A stretch of DNA of 62,922 nt, filler included, from Reticulomyxa filosa (taxonomy: Eukaryota; Protista; Foraminifera): the NCBI GenBank assembly GCA_000512085.1. It is 15 parts of 15 records of this genome, joined end to end, with 100 filler letters (N's around TTAATTAATTAA, not from the genome) between each part and the next. Parts side by side here need not be neighbours in the genome. Positions count along the whole stretch, not along the records: positions 26,869 to 42,215 come from ASPP01020487.1; positions 42,316 to 44,597 come from ASPP01049927.1; positions 44,698 to 46,353 come from ASPP01021210.1; positions 46,454 to 60,203 come from ASPP01026252.1; 11 more parts are not named here. One strand, given 5' to 3'. A model generated the notes under the pieces. That model saw only the letters and a list, made by a program, of their open reading frames with translations. It was not told the DNA's origin and searched no databases. Of this stretch, positions 39,261 to 50,363 are shown one piece after another (position 1 is the stretch's first letter; the number at the start of each line of letters is the position of its first letter). Both the position numbers and the translations under genes were made by a program.

Positions 39261-40565
39261 ATGGTGTTAAAAGCCATTTTTACTTTTCCAGTGTTTCGAA
39301 CCATTTTACAATCAAACCAGGTGTCATCTGTTTCGAGAGCAAACACTGACAACAAAAAACTGAGTACGGACGAGATTACGACGGCGTGTAACAAGACAAA
39401 ACATTTTTGCATAACTGTGGAAAAGTATACCAAAAAAATCTTAGCATTAGAGGTAGTACAAACATTGTTGGTCGCCATTTTGTCATCACTTCAATCAAAT
39501 CCTTTTCTCTTGCAAACAATTGTCCAAAAGCAAAATCTAAGTGACGAGCAAGCAGTACTTGTGACAAGTTATTGGATTGCAAATTATGTGCGGACATCAG
39601 TATGCATGTCAATATTATTTAGCACTATTAGCTGGTTAACAATTTGCTTGTTGGTAGTGGACCTACTATACGGTTTTTTTTTGTGGCAACACACAAAAAA
39701 AGAAGCGTTGTACATTCTCTATGGAATTAGCAAAACTCGTGCGGATGCTGTTGCAAAAAGCATTTTAATGTCTCTGTCAGTATTGCCAATGTCTAGTTAT
39801 GGATGTGATCGATATCGATGGTGCAATAGCAACAAACCATCTTATCAAATTGATTATGCTTTGTCAATTTCAAGTTATACCAATATTCAGCCTATTATCG
39901 CTTCTGGCCAAATTACTTCATTACAAGAACACCAATTAGACTGTGCAAAAAAATTGGTAAAAAAAATGAACAAATGAAAACATTGATTTAATAAATTTAG
40001 TTTAATGTCTTTTTTGTTTTGTTTTGTTTTTTTGCTGACTCTTTTTTATTTGTGCTGTAAAAAGATGGACACGTCGATGGATGCAATACAATCAACGGAA
40101 GATGAAAGTGAATCGACAAATAACTCTTTGTTGCAACATGAAACGCGATATCTAAAACAATTAGATGTGACATTGTCCAAGTTGAGGCCATTTGAAATGA
40201 GAAATATGGAAGATGTTGTAGAATTAATTGTTCCCGCTTATATTTTGCTTTTAGTAAATGTGTACTTATCCTTTGTCGGTTCATCCATTTTATATGCGTT
40301 TGGAGCGTTACTTGTCATTTCCACTTTTTTTGTCATTTGGCACAAACTAAGCTTTCGTATTGGATTATTGGCACCACTCTTGCTTCCTTTAGTTATCATC
40401 ATTGTTGAAATGACCTGCTTTTTGTTGATTTGTTCCGTGTGTACATTGTATCATTGGAAAGACAATTATTTATCACTTGCGACTGTATCGTTCAACATTT
40501 TGGTTGTTGTTTCTCTTTTTTCTGGTGAAGCATCACATAAAAAATCAACAAAGCTCTCTGTGTGA
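39261..40565 (+). CDS. hypothetical multi-pass membrane protein, 2 exons
   Basis: Two long ORFs joined in frame by an intron at ~39957-40063, with several hydrophobic helices. Confidence 0.6.
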
Positions 40566-40924
40566 TTCTGCCAACCACAGATTTATTTTTGTCTTTTCTA
40601 AATAAACAAAAAATCAAGTTTGTAGACAAAATGGAACAATTTCATTTTATCTCTTCTTAATACTCTTTTGTTGATGCAACAAGTCAGTGGATTTGAGCCA
40701 CGGCCACACTCATACAAAATGTGTGTACGAATTTAATTATTCAAGTGAAAGTGTAATGTTTTGGGATCAACAAAAACTTACTTACTTTATCACTGACCTC
40801 CTCAAATCCACGAGCTTCAAGTCATGAATTTCCGAAGATTAAAAAAAAGAAACGACGAGGAAAGAAAAAAACAGATCACATAAAGCGATTTATTCTCTTT
40901 TCTTGTAATGAATATATTTTGTTT

Positions 40925-42120
40925 TCACCACTTCCAATATTCAATATCCGATCTGCCATTAAAAAAATCTTTGAAATTGGTAATCGGCCATCGTCGATTA
41001 AATGCCCGTTTCAAAGTTTTTGGTTTGTATTTTGCATATTTTTTATTGACAGCGTCCCAGTCCAATTTCGGATCTTTGATATCGACATTGTCATAAAATT
41101 CGGCATCCTCTTCAGGAATGCTCATATAGTACTCACATGTAGTTCTAATTAATTATAATGTTAATTGTATTTCTTGAAAATGGTTGTTTTAAACAAGAAA
41201 AGCAAGGGGTGAGAAAAAAAGAAAGGGATAGGAAAAGATGATTGAAACAAAATGCAAAGAGAGAAAGAAAAGGGAATAATACGTACGCATCAACAGTAAA
41301 AAAATATCCCAAGTTACAACTATCCTCAGCGAAATTGAATCGAACTCGGAATGGATTTCCCTGGCCCAAATTACACTCCAGAGACGGTATCTTTTGCAAA
41401 TTGCTTATCATTAAGTCACGATCATACGCCCAACGACCTGTCTCGCCGTATCCGGGTACATGCCACCGACAATGAAACAAGTATAGGTCATCAACAGTCG
41501 CACCGTTTAACATATACATATGTTGATATACATGTAAGTCGTCTTCAAATTGATTTTTGTTCAGCTCGCTAACCGCGGTTCTTACCAGGTATACGACTTC
41601 AGAAAAGTCACTAAAAAAAAAAAGGGACACATATGCAAATAGCTGCTTGTTGTAATATGACATTATCACTTTTTTTATAAAAAAAAATGATCGCACCATA
41701 GACACATATGGTATATACAGCAAACCTGTGAATTAATTTTCCACGTGTCGCATGCAAAGGTAAGAAGGCCAAGGCATTACCCAAATAGCGCTTTGGAAAT
41801 CTTTCTGGTAACCAACTTCGAGTGTTGATGACCATGGTGCAAATAATTGGCTCATCCATGGCATATTCTGAGTTTAACGTAGCACGTATTTTCCAAAATA
41901 ACGCAGTGATGATGTCATTTGTCGACAATTTCATTTGCTTCAAAATAGTGGATTTCTTACCTCCACTCAACGCCATAGTTTTTAAATTTTCAATGTCTTG
42001 TGTTGTGAAATATAGTGTTTTTGGACACCAACGACGAGACGGCTGTTTCGTGGTAAGAAACCACAATGTGCGATCAATCATCCCCGCAAATGATTTATTC
42101 AAAATTACCGCGTCTTGTCT
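40925..42120 (-). CDS. CoA-dependent acyltransferase (BAHD/Transferase family), C-terminal half
   Basis: LSTNDIITALFW, INTRSWL...YLGNA, VRTAV, and ISNL...CNLGQGNP at the DFGWG position. The 5' part is lost at the gap. Confidence 0.7.
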
Positions 42121-42215
42121 TTTATTTTTTAAAATTGATTTGTTTGTTTATTTCGTTTCTTTTATTATTATTACTTATATATATATATTTTTAAATTAAC
42201 TCAAAAGTTTGAATT

Positions 42216-42315
42216 NNNNNNNNNNNNNNNNNNNNNNNNNNNNNNNNNNNNNNNNNNNNTTAATTAATTAANNNNNNNNNNNNNNNNNNNNNNNNNNNNN
42301 NNNNNNNNNNNNNNN
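42216..42315. other. artificial contig linker
   Basis: N44-TTAATTAATTAA-N44. Confidence 0.97.
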
Positions 42316-42638
42316 TTGTTTATGTTATGGTTTACACAATGGTCCGATATGTGTTTGGGATAAAAAAATTTGTTCAAGGTGATTGACTTTATTGTAGGAG
42401 AAATGCAATTGTTTTTTAATCTGACTATGAAAGAAGAATAATTTGAAATGTCTGTTTACTTTTACTCTTAATATAATATTGTCATATGCACACATAATCT
42501 GAAAATTCCTGCTATAATTTTTGCTTTTGTACAAATGCAGCTGTACATTAGATACTTTTTTTCTTCAAAAAAAGGCCTTTCTATCGAAAATTTGCCAATA
42601 TTGGCTTTATTCATCTTACAAGACTTAATACAAAAAAA

Positions 42639-42794
42639 TTGCGATTTCAGTCATCCGCGATAATGGCATTGCAAGAAGCGACCGAAGCATATCTTGTGTC
42701 GTTGTTTGAGAACACAAGTCTGTGTGCAATTCATGCAAAGCGAGTCACCATTATGACCAAAGATATCCATTTGGCTTGTCGTATCCGAGGATAA
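42639..42794 (+). pseudogene. histone H3 C-terminal half (absent from ORF track)
   Basis: [51 protein letters not shown], with no intact upstream frame. Confidence 0.85.
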
Positions 42795-43019
42795 AAATCA
42801 TAAGCTTTTCTTTCAAATAAATTTAAAAATTTTGTACTTGATTTTTCTCTGTGAAACAAAAAATCACTTGAATTAGAAAATTCATTATCCGTCTTTATTT
42901 TTGTTGATGATTCATGTTCACTTTCTCTAATGGTTCAAATAATTAAGAATTCGATCTGCCACATAACATTCAATCTTATTTTTTTCTTTTTCTTTTCAGA
43001 ATCTTGATGAAACTTGATT

Positions 43020-43300
43020 ATCTTGTGCAATATCACGAACAAATCGTTGAAAAGGCAGTTTTGCTATAAATGAATAAATTTATACCTGATCAATAATTCG
43101 TTGATTTTTGATACTTTCGAATTTCTCTTAGAGCAGCTGTTCCTAGTCGATAACGACGTAGTCTTTTGGTACTCCCGCTATTGATTTATGTAAAGTTTTG
43201 AGTGTTTTTGTGATAGTGTGTTTTGTAAGATACTTCTGTGGAGAATATTGTACGTCGATGTCTGAAAATTTTTTCTTGATGTTAGTTTTGTTCGGGCCAT
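43020..43300 (-). pseudogene. histone H3 N-terminal half (absent from ORF track)
   Basis: MARTKLTSRK..., then (frameshifted) RRYRLGTAALREIRKYQKST, then KLPFQRFVRDIAQD. Contains frameshifts and stops. Confidence 0.8.
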
Positions 43301-44029
43301 AAACTTTTAATGTAGGTTTTTTTAATTAGAAAAGGTTTTTTACCGTCAGTTCTTTTTTTAGAAATGCAATAATTTTAGAAACATTTGTCGTTGTCAATTT
43401 TTTAACCTTAGAAAATTTGACAAAAGAGCTTTGAGGAAAAAGCTCAATTCATGTTCAGTGAAGGGTCCTATTCATTTTTGGGGATAGTGCCATTTTTCCA
43501 ACAATAAAAGTATATTTGAATAAATGCAAATTTTAAGAAGGCAAAGTTTATATTTTGTTTTGAATTGTGATATTTTAGCAACTCTTCAATTATTTGTCCA
43601 TGAACAATGCTCAACAGTGAAGTAAATTGAATAATTTTTTATTTTCAGTTTTGTTGAGTTAATAAAGAATACTCAAGATGAATTTTACACAAAAAAAACC
43701 AAATATTCCACCACGTTGTTTCACGAGCAATTTTTTGTTCATCTTTCAAACTTTTTTGGTTTTCCCAAATATTGTCTTTCAATATTGACACACTCTTCCC
43801 CAAAAAACCAAATTCTACCCAAAAAAAAAATAGTGCAGAATTGGAGTATTATTTTCTGTTATTTTTCATAAAATAAAAAGAATATGCATAAATGCAAATA
43901 AATTATTATGAACATTAAACATAAAAATACGAAAGAGGTAGGAAAGGAAGTTGAAAAAAACTTGAAAAAGTTCTGTGCATACTCCAGTTTTTTTAATCAT
44001 AACTAATAACCGCGAACTAAAACAAAAAA

Positions 44030-44597
44030 ATGCCTTACAAGGCTTTTGTTTACTTTGAAAAAAAAATACATCGAGTACTAATTGCCTCTTTGGAATTAAA
44101 AAGATTGGAAGAAAAAGTGGCGGAGATCGCAAACAGTACTAAAAATGACGATGATAAAATAGTGAACTCTACACAATATTTTAAAATTGTTGACAATAAT
44201 AATCAAGAAATTACTGATGATAAGCAATTAAAAACTGCATTTGACGCTGAAGATGTTCTCTTACTTGTTCATCCCATTGGTATGTTTGTTTCTATTTTCT
44301 ATTTAGTACTTGTTAATTTTAAAACTAATAAAAATAACAACTGATTGATACAATAGACAATAACAACGATGAAACAAAATATCCAGAAGATAAAAAAATA
44401 GAAGAAGAAGACAATGACGAACATCACAATATTTTAAATCCATTAGTATTGTTAGCTGGTGCTGCAAAATACAAAAATTTAGATTATTTGCCTGGAGTGA
44501 AAGTAGATTTAATGATGTTTCGAAATTTATTTGAAGATGTGTATGGATATGAAGTGTATTGTACATATGATCCAAATAAACATGAAACCGAATCATT
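44030..44597 (+). CDS. caspase-like (peptidase C14 fold) protein with N-terminal PB1-like domain, 3'-truncated
   Basis: Exon 1 is beta-grasp-like (AFVYFEKKIHRV...FKIVD...EITDDKQL). Intron ~44280-44355. NPLVLLAGAAKY..LDYLPGVKVDL..FRNLFED.YGYEV resembles the first strand/helix of caspase-hemoglobinase domains. The catalytic dyad is not in the window. Confidence 0.6.
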
Positions 44598-44697
44598 NNN
44601 NNNNNNNNNNNNNNNNNNNNNNNNNNNNNNNNNNNNNNNNNTTAATTAATTAANNNNNNNNNNNNNNNNNNNNNNNNNNNNNNNNNNNNNNNNNNNN
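44598..44697. other. artificial contig linker
   Basis: N44-TTAATTAATTAA-N44. Confidence 0.97.
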
Positions 44698-46353
44698 CAG
44701 TTGTGAAAACAATTTTGGCTCTTCCCTGTGGAATGTCAGTGGAAATTACATGATCAAAGTTAATGCTCAACCGAATCATCTGAGCCTTTGTTTTCGAATT
44801 GTTGAAGTCTCATAAAATATTGAGATTCAATCCACTTCTTTTAACAAATTAAAGCACCAAAACAAAACAAAAAAATAAATTAAAACACTTATAGCAATCA
44901 AAAAGTATTTGAATATTGGCCATTTTGGCTCATTTAATAGAAAAGTGGTTCAATTTTGTGTAACATTCACTTGTTAATTGCATTATGTTTTGAAAGCACT
45001 TTTCAGATGTTTTGTTCGGTATCTTGTAAATCTTTGATCTTTCGCAAAATCTCAATCTCAGATATCTTGAAAGTTTCTTTTCTTTGGTCTTTATTCTGTT
45101 TTCGCCACAATCCTGTTGACTACGGAAAGCGTTGTTAATAATCGAAGATTAACTTCGATCTTCTTTCAGATACTGCTAGATATCGCAGTATCTAGTCGTT
45201 TTGTACTTTTTTTCATTCAAAAGACAACTTTTTTTCAAAAGTTTATATCGATGATGAGAATATTAAAATGAATTTTTTTTTTTTGATCGATCATGAACTT
45301 TGCATCTCCACGATCGACCTCCAATGAATTTTTTCATTGATAGTGACAATATATTAATGTCTGGAATGAATTCTTGTACATTTGTCCACATCCAATTCCA
45401 GGATTTTGGAATGTGCTTCAATCACAAAATATCAAAATGCAATCAAGATCCAACGATAACAAAATTTCATCTGATGTTGGCTCATTGAAAGTTGCAAATG
45501 ATGATTTATTTTGTTGAACATTTGGGATTTTATGTGAATCTGGTCCGACTCGACACTCCAGCTTCAGCTTCAGTCTTGATTCATTCATGTGGAGTTGGAA
45601 ATTATAGTAAATGATTATGACAATGAGATTAATGTAGTATTTAAATGAAAATCAGTTATTGACACAATACTAAGCAGGATTCCAACTTGTCACAACACAT
45701 CAGAATTGTTATTACAATTGACTGAATCAATTTATTATTTGATAACAATGTAGAATCATATGCAGTGCTATTGGATATATCACCGCATATGACAGTATTT
45801 TAGATACAAGAAGAAAAAGTGATTTGGACTGAAAGTAATAATGTATTGCTAATTGGATAACTTCATCAAAGATCGAATTGCATAATCAGTTGTTTGGTTT
45901 ATAATTGTACTTTTTTTCTTTTGTATTATTTAGTGCAATGTCCTATTTTGGACCAGTTGCTTTTTCAACTTGCTTTTGTTTTCACTTTAGTGTTGACGAA
46001 AGGGCTAAAAGCAGTTATTAGTGTATGATGAATCAACGAGTAGTCTAACACCTTCACGCCCTCCCAGTGCAAAAACTTTTTAAAAATTTGTGAGTTGTTA
46101 CAAGTTTTTTCTTTTTGTTTTTCTTTTGATTACTTTGTCCTTTAAGACAATGCGTTCTTTTTAACTATGATAAAACCTTATTTCTATTAAAATTACATAT
46201 CAAAATTATTTAGATCTATGACATCCTTCGTTGTATATTCACTATTCAAACCGGATGAATCGTGTTTGAGAAAAAAAAAGAAACTATTTCGTATTGTATT
46301 TGTTAATGTAATGTTTTTTGAACCAGTGTTTGGTATATGCATTATGATGTGTG

Positions 46354-46453
46354 NNNNNNNNNNNNNNNNNNNNNNNNNNNNNNNNNNNNNNNNNNNNTTA
46401 ATTAATTAANNNNNNNNNNNNNNNNNNNNNNNNNNNNNNNNNNNNNNNNNNNN
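46354..46453. other. artificial contig linker
   Basis: N44-TTAATTAATTAA-N44. Confidence 0.97.
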
Positions 46454-47209
46454 TACTAGCTCTCATGATGCTGCAGTTATCAAAATTTAGTCCAAGTATA
46501 CGGTTGTGTGTGACTAATCTACTCGAGAAATTGCAAAAATTGGACTGACAAGATATTCTTTGTGAAATAAGTATTGTACAATGTGATTCGTAAAAGAGAG
46601 AGACTATGTGACAAAGAAAATGTTTGGAAAATTATTACATCAGTGCATATAACATTTGGAAAAAAATAATTATGTCAGTGTTTTGCTATCATGTTCAAAC
46701 ACTTGTTATATTTTGCTGACTGCAATGTCCTGGTCAAACAATTTTGTTATTTCAAAATTACACTAAGCTAATGTGTGTTGTTAATTATTTAAAAAGACTC
46801 GTAGTATTATGTGCATTCTGTAACTTTTTTTTAGGTATACTGTTTTTTTTTCAAACTACTGTATATTTATACGTTATTACAAAATTTATATCTTTAACAA
46901 TTTCTTCAGTTAACTTAGCGTAATTTTGTTTCAGAATCTTATTTCTTTAATTTTCGTTTTTGTTGTAGTTGTCTATTTTAAAATCTTTTTAATATATATT
47001 TGGAAATATCCTCAAGTGTTGTCATATCTAAATTGCGCTAAAAAAAACAAGTAGTTTAGCTTTATATTTGCAATTTAGATGAAGAATTTTTTTAAATATT
47101 TTCATCACAAAAAGCGATTGTTTTAACTGGGCACTGAAACTAACAATATATGATATTAGACGATAAATAATAATCTGAAAATTGAACAAAAAAAATGATG
47201 GAGCAGATA

Positions 47210-48646
47210 TCAGCATTGACAAACATCATTGTAATGAAAACCACAGATGGGGCTAAGATTGTTAAGCAATTGGACAGTACAAGTGAGTCGTTCAGAATTC
47301 CTGGACATGACAGTGCCAGTTTCACCTTTGTATTTTCCTCGTAGGATTAGTACATGATGATTTGCCTTGCGCGGAATAACAGTTTCCACATCTTTTTCAC
47401 AGCACTCGACGATAGAGGTTGTATTGTGATGTTTGTCCTGATGATCTGACGAAGAGAGTGAAACCTCCACAGTGAATTTGAAAGGTGAGATGATATCAAG
47501 CACACGTCCTTTCTTCTGAAACACCTTGCCACCACATAAAGTGCGATTGACGACACGAACTAGAAGTCCTACTTTGATCCACTCAATTTTATCAAGTGAC
47601 GAGGTGGAGGATACAGATTGGAGTGACGACGAATCCACATCGTCATGATTAATCTTTCTTTTTTTGGTTTTGGACATGAAGCCTTGGTCGAGTGTATCAT
47701 GTGTATCCCTAGCATTATGTGTTTCATTAGCATGTGAGGTGTTGCCATTGGCGACAATGTCCTTCGACGTTGTCTTGGCGTTACCTTTTTTCCGTTTGTC
47801 TTCGGACAGGGTGAGCAAGTTTTCATTCGCACCCAATCCCAAAAGTCTTTTTCTGGGCTTTGCTTGAATGGGTTCAATCGACCTTACTTTGATGGTTCCA
47901 TAGTCTTTGCCAATGGGTTGTCCCTCTTTCCATCCCATGCCCAACAGCGCCGCTTTACCAAACTGTTCGATTCCAATCAGTTCATTGGACACCTTGGCCA
48001 TGTCATCCATGTCGGGACGTTGCGCGACATCCAACTGGAATTTCTTGCTTGTGTTTGATACGTGCTCCAGTCCTGGCACTCGGTTGGCTTGGATTGTCGC
48101 CCAAATACCCTTCTCTTTGTCTCCATCCTTCTCCTTCTTATTCTTGTTCTTCTTCTTTTGTGCATTCTCTCGGCCGTGTGTATTGATTATTAGTCCATAT
48201 TTTTTCTCACTTGACAACCCTTCTTCGCTGGAAATTTCGTGGTCGCCTTTCAATTCGTTTAACTCTGCAGTCGACGCAACTAATGAGGCTTTTGAATCTT
48301 GACTCGTCACGGACCCGACTTGACTACCTTCTGTGTTATTGTTGCTGTTGCTTGCAACGACGGCCTCCTCTTTGTCAGTGCTCGCACCATCTCGTGAGTG
48401 AACATCACGCTCCAATGGGGAAGCAGGCTGAACTGCGCCAATGTACACGTTCTTTTTTATTAGTGGTATTATTGGCGTCTTTTTGCTAAACAAGCTTTCA
48501 CTGTTTACGCTTTGCTCCACTATCTGCTGCCCGTTCGTCGCCCGCTCCAACGTTTGTGCTCTCAAGGCTGTACTCGAGCGCACCTTTGTGCTTTGCTTCC
48601 CACCAAACGACAATGAAAAACCCTTTTTCTGTCCATCATCGGTCAT
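47210..48646 (-). CDS. GPKOW: G-patch and KOW domain splicing factor (GPKOW/Spp2/MOS2-like)
   Basis: FGKAALLGMGWKEGQPIG...RLLGLGA (Spp2-type G-patch), and C-terminal KIN17-type KOW repeats (LLVRVVN...KKGRVLD...VETVIP...VLILRGKYKG). Confidence 0.88.
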   Translation of the reverse strand: MTDDGQKKGFSLSFGGKQSTKVRSSTALRAQTLERATNGQQIVEQSVNSESLFSKKTPIIPLIKKNVYIGAVQPASPLERDVHSRDGASTDKEEAVVASNSNNNTEGSQVGSVTSQDSKASLVASTAELNELKGDHEISSEEGLSSEKKYGLIINTHGRENAQKKKNKNKKEKDGDKEKGIWATIQANRVPGLEHVSNTSKKFQLDVAQRPDMDDMAKVSNELIGIEQFGKAALLGMGWKEGQPIGKDYGTIKVRSIEPIQAKPRKRLLGLGANENLLTLSEDKRKKGNAKTTSKDIVANGNTSHANETHNARDTHDTLDQGFMSKTKKRKINHDDVDSSSLQSVSSTSSLDKIEWIKVGLLVRVVNRTLCGGKVFQKKGRVLDIISPFKFTVEVSLSSSDHQDKHHNTTSIVECCEKDVETVIPRKANHHVLILRGKYKGETGTVMSRNSERLTCTVQLLNNLSPICGFHYNDVCQC

Positions 48647-50363
48647 CGGAAATTACTCCTTTATCAAGGGAAATAAATCTTTTTATTTCAATTTGTCCTA
48701 TCTTGGGTATGCCTTCTCCGAACTTTTCATTTTTCGCTTTTTGTACTTGCTACGTTCTTTTAGCCGAGGCAGCCACATTTTGAAATTTTATCCATTGCGC
48801 ATTTTTTCATTTGAAAAAGTGATTACCAAACACTTGTCATATTTTTCATTATATTTTTTATTACATTAACTTTGATTATTATGTTTGTTTTTCTTTGTTT
48901 ATGCGCTTAGTATCTATTTATAACAAAAAAATTCAAACAAAATTTCATCTGGCCTATAATTAGTGACTAGTGGAAATTTTAAACGAACTGTGGAATTAAC
49001 TACAAAATCATATCAATTGACATATCTGCCATGCATTATGGAAATGTATAGAACGCACAACTGAAGGAAAAGACTGTCCAATGCAATAAAAAAGAGACCA
49101 GCAACTAGAAAAACATGAAACAGCAACTAATGCTTAGAAACGAAAAGGAAGATCAGACATGACTACACAAAACGAAAGTCAACAATGCCTAGAAACAAAA
49201 TCTAAACTGTAACAATTTTATCAACAAGAATGATTGCCATCCGATGCAAGCAGCAACGAAACCCCAAAGCGAGCAAGAAAATAAATAAATCACAAACATT
49301 TGTAGTAGTGTAGTACTAACCATTACCAGAAACCAAAGTGAACCTCCGAACTCCCTTTATTCTGGTTCACACTCACTTTACTCATCAGTCTTTCGTTTCT
49401 TCTTAGTTTTTGCTCGTTTGTTTTGATCATTATTTTCTCTTTTTTTAACAAATTTCGTTTTGTTGAAAGTTTGCTCAGGAGATCTAATCAACCTTTCGTA
49501 TTACACTTTGTGCAGTTCTTTTCAGCGGCAGACATTCTACACATTACACACTGTATTGTGTTACTTTTTATTTTAAATTTTTTTCTTTCAAAATTGTAAT
49601 TAAAATTTTCACTATGAATGCAAAAGATGGCAAGGTTTGGCCAATCATGTGAATAGATACATGTAAATCATATATTGGTACATATTGTGGCAATTACAAA
49701 GATGATGCAAATTGAATATATCCTTATTTGATAATGCGTACTTACTTGGTTTGCAAACTTAGCGCTATATACGCCTTGAATCTCTAAAAAGAATTTATAA
49801 TGAGTGTGCAAACTTAATTTTCAAGTTTAACACCTGCTTCTTTAAAGATTTATCCACGTTTAGTTGAAATTTAGTATCAAATTCAATGTGTAATTACAAT
49901 ATTTCATTTGGTAAGGTTTGTAATTCTTACTGATTGTTAGCAATGCAATTAATAATGAATATTTAGATTAGTAATGATCATCCACAAAATGGAAGGTAAA
50001 AAAAATGACAACAGCTAAAAAAATACTCTGAAAATTAAACATGGACAAACGAATATGCAATTGAATGCCTTAGTTGGCCTAAGGAATTGAATGGCAAAAA
50101 CAATGAAAAGTTAACAATATATGTTACATTGTGCTGAAAAATAATTATACATGTTGCTATTTGTGCACTGTTTAGAAGAGCAGTAGTTCACTTGTAATAT
50201 CATTATTTTTATTTTTATTTTTAAGAAAATAAGTGTTTGTCAGTGTGATCAAAATCCAAAGTGCCAATTTGGAACAAGCGTATGGTGTATGTGTGTGTGT
50301 GTGAAGAAGAGGGGGAGGGGAGAGGAAGAGGATAAGAAATGAGCCAAAGTCAGTAATTGAAAT

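Noticed and set aside
42639-43300. CenH3 identity for the histone fragments
   Set aside because: They retain the canonical H3 residues in PFQR and RFQ; the odd tail is explained by frameshift decay.
49020-49300. Possible retroelement C-terminal zinc-knuckle remnant (KDCP...QQLEK)
   Set aside because: Too short and degenerate to support by eye.
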